Assembly (NCBI GenBank): GCA_030141605.1
Contig: JAQGDQ010000031.1
Coordinates: 558,001-622,000 of the forward strand
Reading direction: 5' to 3'
From: Tubiluchus corallicola
Taxonomy: Eukaryota; Animalia; Priapulida
DNA: 64,000 bases
A program made the position numbers and the translations under genes. This document shows, piece after piece, positions 46,876 through 64,000 of this stretch (the first letter of the stretch is position 1; the number at the start of each line of letters is the position of its first letter). Under the pieces are notes generated by a model. It was not told the origin of the DNA and made no database searches. It saw nothing but the letters and a program-made list of their open reading frames with translations.

Positions 46876-49611
46876 TGTTCACATGAGCAATGCCAGCAAT
46901 AAAAACTTTACTATTACTTACTACCATTATAATTCAATTATGTGTAAAACGTGCGTATAAATGTTTTCATCAGACGAATGAAAAATTTTTCCTGTCGACC
47001 ATGTTTGTGAATAGTCCAGGTCTCAGGAGAAAAGTGCACTAAAAATTACCGTCTCCCCTGGTTACCGTGATCCTGGTTCATTGTCTGGCGCGTGTTATAC
47101 TTCGTTTTCAAAATGAAACATTGCCACTAAGTAGTATTTACATTAGATGTATTCTGTTTACATTTGTACATGACTTATGTAATGGATTATGTACTACCAC
47201 CATCAGTCATCCATTGTTCACACCACGACAACCCAAATATTCAATTCTACAATGTACAAACGTATAAAAATGCAAGAATCAACATATCACTGAGTTTAAG
47301 TTGTCCCACCCATTTTAATGTTCAATTAGATTTTCTTATTCAGCAAAAATCGAAGTTAAACACGACCAAGAGTACCAAAACTTGTTATAGAACAGATCAT
47401 TTAAATAAAATTAGACATTAAATGAAATTGTTATTATTTACGATTTTTTAGGTTAAACGCATTTTTCGTAGCGGCTACAAAAATGGACGAAAGGTGGAGT
47501 CGTGCGGACAGGTTGCAAGTAGTTATTGTCACTATAGCGTTATTTATAATTGACAGATAATATAATTACACATTAGTAAAGTTGCAGTATTTTATAACAT
47601 AATAAAGTGTTCCTAGGTTTTTTTGCTGTACCACCTATTTATTGATAAAAGTTCCACTACTAAGTTCCTTTGCATTAAAAACGGTTTAAAATCCTCCCCG
47701 AGCTCTCAGCTTTTCTCTTAATTTCCGTAGTTGGTTATCATGTCACAAATAATGAGAAGCAACTTTGCGAAAACTTTTGAAATCTATCGCGATCTGGCTG
47801 CTTTGCAATTGCAAACTGCCATCTTTCTGCTACACTCACCAACAGTACAATCCCTGAAGGGAGTGGTACCTGGCATAAATTTTGATTTTCTTGGTAATAA
47901 ACTGCATAGCCCTACTTTTTTATCGAACTGTCAGTGTTAAAAAGTACATTTGAATGTTATTCAAGGTCTACTATTCGAAAATAAAACGTTTAGTATAAAA
48001 AGTAAAAATGGCACAGTTTTAGGCATTTTATCAAGCAGTTTAATTTGTGTGTTTGTATCATTTTCATCGATTATTATTAAACATAGATTTGTCACTTGTT
48101 ATTGCTTTTATTTCGAGCTTATAATGTGTTGTGATCGTAGTTCTTCCCAATTTTCCCCCTTTTCCACTTTTTGTCTGTTGTTGTTCGCAGTAAGACCTTT
48201 GGCCTATACCACAGCCCGCGTTTTTAAATCATGTACATATCGGAAGTCCTCCAAGCCCTGTCACAGTACAGTAAAGACTTGTAGTTACTATATGATGTGG
48301 CAACTTCGTAATAGCATGTGTTTACATAGATCAGTTTGGCTCTAAACTTAGAGTGCTGCACTGTAACTCTTTACTGTGGTAGGTGAAATAAAGGCAGCTC
48401 AAATCATTTTTAAACAACATGGATTGATTTGCGACGTACTGTGAATACAATATTTGCAAAGTTAGTTGAACGTCGTGAAAACCCATTAAGACGCCAGTCT
48501 TCTATTTAAACACTATAAAAGAGTGACCATTTCCTGGCTGATGTCAGCAAATACCTACACAATAACAATTAAATTTCTAGAAATCTTGAATTTTGCTGCT
48601 AAGTCAGCAAGCGACTGTGGGTCTCAGATGAGCGCTCACGGGTACACGCATGCACATCAACCTGTCCCTAAGCAAACACGCACAGTGATACGTTCTGCGC
48701 CATAAATCACAGAGTTAAATAGTTTAAAGCTGTCAGAATGGCTTTTATAGGAAGAAAACGGTAAATATGCACGAGCTAAAATAATACTGCTTAAATATGG
48801 CGTGCGATTTTGACACCGAGACGCCGACAAACAGGGAACGGCCAGCTTTTGTCCAATTTTTTGGAATACAAAAAAGAAATGAGAAAATAGTGCCACTCAC
48901 CTATTAAGCAAACTCGTATATAGCTTTTTTAAATGTTAGTTATTACAAACTCCAATGTTTCTCATCCTCAGTTCTGTAAGCTCCTAGATCAAAAGTTGTG
49001 ACCGTTCACCTCAATAATGATAATGATGTTTGTCATACAATCAAGATTATTTATTACTTTTTAAAATAGGAAATGATTAATAAATATTTGTTTTTAATTA
49101 AATTATGACTGTGAGACCTAGAATGTTGATAAACCATTACCGTTATACCTGAAATATTTGTTTTTACTAATTACTTATTACTAATTACTAATAGTTCAGT
49201 TTAATAGTTTAATATGTAATCTTTATTTAGAAATATTAAACATATTTACAAAAAAGTATAAAATGTGAAAGCAGGACAAAACGTATATACAGCACAAAGC
49301 AAAATTTTACAGACAAAAGGGCTAATTAAAAGATTACGAGTAAAAGCACAAAGAACCAAGACTACTTATAGGTACCTGTTAAAAGATAAATTTAATGAAT
49401 ATTACGATTTAGGTACTCCACAGACCAAGGGTACAACTCATGGAGTTGATTCTGTTTATAAACTTTTTGCTTGAGCTGTATACATATACATATATATTTG
49501 TGTATATATATATATATATATAATCTTAATTACAAAGTTATCAACTATGAATTACTATTAAATATATTAGATGAAACAAAGAAACTGCGCCTGAAAACCC
49601 AGACCGCCAAC

Positions 49612-50257
49612 CCGTACTGAAATAGGCTATTAAATCTAACTCATTACTTTGATCACAAGGGACTGTATTGTGGTTTCAAATCTTAGGTTTGCCAAAAACG
49701 CCTCGGCTTCAATCCAGATTTAGTTCAGATTTTTTCGCATTTCACTTGTTTCGGCCAATTTGTTTGACTAAAATTTAATTAGATTGCGAAACGTGTATTA
49801 TACATTTTGAAACATTTTTATTCTGGATGACTCAATCAAATTAAATACAACTTAAGTCAGTTTTAAATTCTGATTATTCACGCTGGAATGCGAAACCGCA
49901 GGCTGCACATTTTTAACATTCAGGACATATTTTACATGCATAACCATAACAGTATGTTTACCACAATGAAACTTTAATTTTTAGACTCAGTTGGATAACA
50001 TAGTACAAACAACACGATGAATTTAATTTCGCTGCCAAACTTGAAAGACGAGAAATGTGAAAAAGTTTGTATGTGGAAATACAGCCTGGATTTGAACCAG
50101 GACCTTTTGCTTGCAAAACAGAAGCTTTAGATCAGAAACAGAAGCCTTACTCTCCAGTGGTCAAAGCAGTCCACAATTGGGATTGCAAATGGTGAAATTG
50201 GTTGGCTTAGAGGAAAACAGGATGATTTTTCATGTACTACCGCATTTTCAAGTACGG
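49612..50257. mobile_element. Decayed foldback/MITE-like element whose inverted arms contain a tRNA-like motif
   Basis: Collinear inverted blocks: CCGTACTGAAAT vs ATTTTCAAGTACGG, CTTTGATCAC vs GTGGTCAAAG, TTTTTCGCATTTC vs GAAATGTGAAAAA, AAATTTAATT vs AATTTAATTT. A perfect T-arm CCTGG-TTCAAAT-CCAGG lies on the minus strand at 50085-50101. Confidence 0.5.
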
Positions 50258-50731
50258 TGAAAAACTAAAAAAGTATACATTTTAACACTAATAATACTGC
50301 AAAAGCGTTTCTAAGTAATAAATTAAAATCTTAATTAACGGCGGGGAGCCCAACTAGTGATGACATCACAAACTAACATAATTTTCAACATCAAAGACAT
50401 TCCATGAGCGTGTTGCGGGTATTTGCGAAAGCGAAAATTAAACTACAGTGCTACTGTAAGATATAGTGTGTTGTACTAAGACTCGGTAAGTTTTAAGGTA
50501 AAAATTCAAATTTCAAATTTACCGCTGTACTCACGCATGAGCTGTCGAACGTGTGTAGAACTGTCTGTGTCTGTCTGAACTGAGAGTTTTTTGTACAACG
50601 CTTTCCTAAATGCAGTAGCTACTGCCCGTTTAACTAACGAATGGCGAAATGCATATAGCAGTGAAGAACTGCTGAGGCGAATGCGAAATTGTGTTTGTAT
50701 GCTTATAATTCTAGTTAATTCTTAGTTAACA

Positions 50732-50882
<151 letters not shown>

Positions 50883-53800
50883 GCTACTAGAAGTGCTTGC
50901 ATGTTGGTACATTGTGGTTATATGTGGAGATTACGGTAATTTAAAATTGTCTGTCTTTAGTTAGAAAATAATTAGACAAGGTACACAGATGCTAGAAAAC
51001 GTTTTAACTTAAATCTTGCGTTCAGTTCATTAATGTCATTCCCACACACTGCACACATCAGCCAGTAGTCGGGTTGGCGTCTTGAGTTTACCCTTTTTAT
51101 TTACCCGTCACTCTCTCTACCACTTATGTTTTACAAGCTAAATACCAGCATTAGCATCACAAACTATCAGCACAAGTAGGAAAGGTTACTAGGGTTTTTT
51201 ACGCGGTGAGATGAAAGCTTTGCTCCTGAATGGATGGCAATCATTACAAAAAGAAAGATTAAAATGTTTTGTTTTTAGTTTGTTTAGCGGCTTTCTCTCG
51301 TCGAATGGATTACCAATCATCATCGCAATGCATTATGAAGATGTACGAAGTATGTCTTACATTGCAGTAAAGTACATATGTTGTTGCTCCATTGTGTGGG
51401 AACATTTTCAAACAGCATAGCGGCATAGTTGTTGAATGTATGTAATGATTGTAATCTGTGACATTTTGTTGAAAACTCCAGAACAATTTGACCATGTTTG
51501 CATATAGGGGTCATGAAAATGGATCTTTTAACTGGTAATTATTTTACCCTGGATTGGTTGAAAGGGAAGGCCCAGCCTTCTGGGAAGTTAGGCTTATTTC
51601 AATGGTCGCGAAAAGCGTTAGAAGATATAGTAACAAAAGTGTGATAATAGCCTTGTGTAATTAGTACAATCATTTTAAAGTTGTGATCATTTCACACTTG
51701 AGCGTTTCCATTTTGAACGCCCATTCTTCCACCAATGACGTCGTTCATCGACTGAAGAAAAGCAGCGCACTGTCAGTTTCCGTCAAAAGTGAAATAAGTT
51801 TTTACCAAAAATTAGGTAGCTACTATTGTGATATTTTTGCTCTATATTAAATAAGTTGCAGAAGTTAGATTTAGTTTAAGCAACATGCGCTTAGAGAAAG
51901 CTACGATGCGCTTGCGAAAGTTCAACAGTTACGTCATAATTTTCAAGTTAATGGCGGCTAGCACCGCGCCTGAAAATTTCAATACAGAGGTAGTATAAAT
52001 TAACTTTAGGCTTTATGGACAGTCTTTTTGTAAATTACTTTGTTATATTTTTCTAGTTTAAGTGTTAACAGTAAAATAAACCCAACATGCCAAATGACTT
52101 GTCCTTTCCTTGAAGTAAATGGCGCAATGAAAGTCGATGTGTCAATAGATCGATATAACTGTTATGCATATACGGCATTGATGCATGTGCTGAATGTTGC
52201 TCCCAAAAAAGCTTTTCCTACATTGGAACTGAATGAGTTTTTCTAGAACAGTAGACTCACTTGAAATCACAAATGTAGATTTTTGACATTTTCGATAATG
52301 CTGCAACGCAAAAAGTTATATCAAGGCATTGGCACTGGGTATCATTTTTCTTATTTTAGAACTGATTCATAAGCAAAATTGGAAACGCATAATTTGATAA
52401 AAAAGTTACAGTATCGAAATATAGTATCTGCTAACCAAAATTTTATTATTACCATAACATGTTACATTGTAGGCCTAAAAAATTAAACATTTGGAAACTT
52501 ATGAAACAAATTATAAACAGATACATCAGTGATTACAAATTGTACAGTACTAGAACTCCATACCTACAACATAAATAATTCTTACAATGTTCCTAGAACA
52601 TACACTCATTCATCCTACATGAAAATGGATGTACTATCAAAATGAATAGGTTAATTACTATATAATTACGTTTATAATTTTATTACCTGTTAAATCTAAG
52701 GCAATCACTATGCTGAGAACTGCTACAATCTTTTCACATCACAGGCCAAATTATGCTTTTGGTACGTTACATAGTTGATCGAAATTAGGACGGGTTCCAC
52801 AGGATTACATAATTATGTGTTATAAGATATTACAATTAATCATGCTTAAAATTGTCTAGTTTACCCATAAATAGTTATCGAATATATTTGTCATATACAG
52901 TTATCATATCATTTAAATAAGTAATTTCGAATTTTACACTACTTTGAGACCAGCTAGTTAAATTTGGCTGAAATGAATAAAGCTATAAAAGAAAAACTGC
53001 TGACAGCACGTGCTCCTTGTGACGGTTGACTGTTTCTTTTTCTTTTTTGTTTTCTTTTCTACTTTTTTTGATTAAATTACATTATTTTTAGAAGTTCATG
53101 GTTGCCAGGAAATAACTGCAGCCTCATTAAAATATCAGTTGATAGAAGAAATGACATTATTATATGACTAACGAATCAATTTGATTAAACCAGAAAATAT
53201 TAATAAAATTGAAACATTAATGTTTTTATGATTGTAACAAATGATAAAGTTATATAAGATTTACTAATTTAGAGCGGACACGGCAAGTATTGTTTACTGC
53301 TTGAGAAACTGCTTTTGCGGAGGCATTGCTTAACTCGGCACTGCAATGATACTGGAAATTTTTCTTCTTGCCCGGCGGTCATTCTGACTCAACAGTGGCA
53401 GGTAGAGTAAAGTACCAGAAGTATAAAATTGCGTAAGTCATCTCGCATTACCGCCGGGCGTGCACGCATCATTTTATAGAGAAAAACCACGCACACGTGT
53501 CTTTAACGTTCATTTTCACACATGTTTAGTTACTAATGAATTAAAATTTGTGATTTACATCAAAACTTTGTTTGAACTGACCACAGTCTTTGTCGCAAGT
53601 AACGAACAATTTTGCCTAACTTCCGCAATAAAGAGTGAAAAGTCAAGTCTAATTATGATGCTATTACTTGAAAATTTTGAATAATTTTTCCATTATTTTA
53701 TCTTCAGTTCTTTCAACGTGTGTTCCCGCAGTATGAACAGCTTCCTAATTTAACTTCGCGCATAATTTTCAGTTTTTTTCACGCCCAGACGGCGTCTTAA

Positions 53801-56696
53801 TCTCTAAACATAACAACAATTCCAGCCATCACAGCAAGCAACATAAAACACCAAGCCAGCTCTGTTTTGCGCCAGAATCCGCGGTATTTTGGAGTAGAAA
53901 GATTTTGGCAAATTGTTCGCAAGAGGAGGGCCTTCGTGGGATGTTCCTAGAATAGTGATTCAGTTAAAGAAACACCTGATATCCACATGTCTATGCAGAA
54001 ACCTTCACCGACAAAAAATTATTTATGATTTTGAAAATTTAAATGCAACGTTAAACTTGCGCGCGTGTGATTATTAAAGCAAAATAATATACAGTAGGGC
54101 TTGAAAATTTCAAAAAAAGTTTTATGTTACCACGACATCACATTTGCTGATTTATAGGAAACTGCGCTTCAGTAAAACTCTGTTATTGGAGGCTTTCCGA
54201 TCTTTTACAGAGAATTACTACAGCAAGTGGAAATGTTTTATTGGTACCACTTAACTTTTCGGCAAATAGACAATTTATGATTAGAGAAAACAGGTGTGAC
54301 GGGTCATTGGTATACTCTGACTAATATAAACACGCGCTGATTTAACTACTAAAGTAACGTTGCGGTTTTGATTTTACAATAGAACCATTTTAAAAATTTT
54401 TTAATATTGTGAGTTTCAAATCTGCTGGCAATTCTTGGAAATTTAGCGCACCATTGGCCCAAGTACCAAAAGATTTTCACAAAAATTAACTGTATGATAT
54501 TCCCCCATTACATTTTTCCAAGGAGTCGAACTTGACAAAATCAGACACTGATTTTTTTCGACAATAAAATTTCTGGTAACTTAGTAACGATTTTTAAATT
54601 GCCTACTCACACCAAAACGGTTTAGTTAAAATCCTTACTTGACAATTTTGGACGAAAAAAACGAGACAGATACTCTTAATAAGTAGATGATGTCCAATAA
54701 AGTTACGCCTAAAGCGATCCAGTTAGGTCTAATCATTTCCTGCTAAACAGCCTATAGGTTGATGTAGTTCTCAGCCTAGTTACTATCATCACACATATAA
54801 TATACCTGTAATGAACTTGTGCAACGTAGCCGTTTATTGTCTTATTGGCTACACGGCTTACACCATTAAAGGCTGACTTACACCAAAGGCATCCTAAAGT
54901 CATTTGATGACACGTGCATATTTTGCTTTTACTTTTACATGCCGAAAGCATTATGCCGCTGGTGTGCGTCAGCTTTAATACCATCGACGTAAATATTATA
55001 AAATAAATGCTAATACATACATAATGTAAATGACATAAACATAAAATTCTTTACTTAATTTTGATTTTAGCCTTTCAAATTAAAATATTAAATCGACTTT
55101 GCTGCATACGCAATTGGTGTAGTTTCATTTGCGGCTATTTCGATATACATACATGTTAAACTGAACAGAAAGTATGCGTATATTGTTTCACATACCACAA
55201 ATTACAAATATGCATTCGTAAATATTTATTTCATGATAATAGATAATTAGACATTTAACGAGACCAGCCCGTTTAACAAATTTCATAAAGCCGATTATAG
55301 AAACTCTCATTATCACGATTAGTCTGAAAGATTCGATGTTTCTATAAAGACACTCAATCAACATTACAATCATCATAATAATAATTATAACACGCTTTCA
55401 TAACGACCAAGATTTAGATGGTTAATGGTATTACTAAAGACAAAACAAATTTCGACAATATTTAGTTGATAAACTTCGACAAATCAAATAATAAATAATG
55501 TAACTACAATCAAATATTATAATATAGATATCTTTGTAATTCAACTATACGGTCAATTAACTCTTATCAGCAAAAGGGTTTCTGTTAAAAATAAATACAA
55601 GGATACTACTGAACGTCAATGATTAACTACATACTAAAATAAATAATATACATGCACATCACGACATGAAAAAATAATATCCAAATAGTACTATCATAAG
55701 TAATATAGCGAAGAAGAAATTGGACTGTGTTGAAGTTCCCCAAGACACCATTTTCTACTTAAAAAAACAGAAGAGCAAGAATAATTGTAGAGGTCAAGGT
55801 GCATGCTAATCGTGGCAAGATTAAGAAACATGAGTGCACACGTCTAAAGTCTAGATAGAATGGACCAAATAGGATAAAAAGGCACAGCCAAGGACTCTCT
55901 GATAGATTGTTTTTCACAAGACCAACGCCCAGCGTTTATACAAAAATCAAAAATTAAAAATCTTCATTTTCCGCATATTTAGCCTCACAGGTCAAAAGAG
56001 TATACAGAGGCATTCACACATTCAGCACTTTTCTCAAAATGCATAAAATAATAGTTATACAATAATGCAGGTTTTAACATTAGACAGAAAATGTAGAGGG
56101 ATTTGGGAGAAATGTATTTCCAATGAAGGCACATTCTACATTAAACTAGCATTACATTAAGTGAACGCTGTTAACATAGTACTGTAGAATTCGCACGCTA
56201 TAAATTTAGAAGGCTTTTTGGTTTTAAGGCACAGTCATCAGTTAAGTATTAAGGCGATTGTGGCTTACGAAAATATATAATCATTTAGTTTGAGCATTTG
56301 TATGGCAATGTTAAGTACATATTAAAACATGGTAAAAATAAACGTATTTTCCACTAATCTAATCTGCGGTTGCTAATTTCTTTTCTAGAATTCTTCTGTA
56401 CGAGGTCAAAGAAAATGTAATTGTGATGTTCGTGCAATGGCTACGACTACGCTATGGCGAAAGCTGATGGACTACCAATGTCGTTAATTCTTGATATCGC
56501 TTTGGAGACAGGCCTACATATACTCGTCTTACAGAAACGCTTATTTTCTTCATAAAAACAAAGTGAGATCATTTCCAGTCTCTGTGTAGTTGTTGCATTT
56601 TCTTCAACTACAGCAACAAAAACTAAACATTTCCTGAGATCACTGAAGCTTCAATGTTAGAAACACTGAAACAGCATAGCTGCTTGGCTATTTGAC

Positions 56697-63355
<6,659 letters not shown>

Positions 63356-64000
63356 CTGAAACAAAACAGAAAACAAACATTTATCGATTATTTTTAAACA
63401 CATTATAGTTTCAAATATTTTGCTGCAACGACAAGTGCAAGACTCCCTTTTGAACTGCAGGCCACCGCGTATCTGCAACAACAATAGCTCTATACGGTAA
63501 AATAAATGCAACATGATTATGCGCTGCCATTGCAACACACCGGCCCGCAGTTGAAAAGGAAAGCTAGTATTTGTATTATCTGATTTCGTCTAAAACAAGG
63601 CGTTTTATGTTTCTCGTGTAGATTTACTTTTGTAGAATGTAGGTCAAGTCAAAAGTTATGATGAAGTCCAGCACCAGTATTATACCAAAATCAGTTGATA
63701 AAGAATTCTCTATATTCCTGGAGCTTACAATTGCTATCGACATTAAATTTAAATGAGAGCTTTTGGTATAAAAAATTAAATAAAGTAAATTTCTTGTCGA
63801 AATTATGTAAATGCACTGAAAACCTGAACGAGCACAACTCTCATAGAAAGTTATTAGGAATGATCGCGTGACAGCAGACATGTAACAGTTTGATTAACAT
63901 ATTCATATCAATTGTGTGAACTTTTCTATCAGACAAAATTAATTGCCTTAAATTAAATTTGAATCGGGTTAAATTAGAAGAAGGAAAAGGAAACCGAGTC

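Noticed and set aside
50060-50135. Functional tRNA gene
   Set aside because: Only the T-arm and an imperfect anticodon arm are present, with no D-arm or acceptor stem; treated as repeat-derived.
50670-50690. Hammerhead-like CTGCTGA...GAAA (also CTGATGA...GAAA at about 58014)
   Set aside because: The core is altered or lacks stem II and flanking helices; the second instance is antisense to coding sequence.

Overview
AT-rich, intron-rich animal (invertebrate-like) nuclear DNA, not prokaryotic. The species cannot be determined from the sequence. Four protein-coding genes could be assembled by hand with GT-AG introns and consistent phases. (1) SCYL2/CVAK104 pseudokinase-HEAT gene: minus strand, 17 coding exons, 12770->2012, about 1004 aa. 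(2) ULK4 pseudokinase-HEAT/ARM gene: plus strand, 24 coding exons, 19278->41356, about 1313 aa, head-to-head with SCYL2 around a probable shared promoter at about 17.5 kb. (3) A 12-finger C2H2 zinc-finger gene: minus strand, 45247->43073. (4) A SPDEF/PDEF-type Pointed+ETS transcription factor: minus strand, 63355->56697, 5' end uncertain. Introns and intergenic DNA carry many short DNA-transposon derivatives (hAT and Tc1/mariner-pogo MITEs, a young 1.17-kb hAT deletion derivative with a perfect 8-bp TSD, a Helentron/HINE-like element), tRNA-derived SINEs, local tandem duplications and microsatellites. Most short ORFs in the supplied track are spurious. I found no clear-cut new multi-gene system. 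The best leads are the compact bidirectional SCYL2/ULK4 promoter with uORFs ending just before the main start codons, an unusually rewired ULK4 nucleotide pocket, competing splice donors in the zinc-finger gene, and a candidate antisense exon in the SPDEF intron. Comparisons with human proteins and repeat consensi are from memory and were not computed.
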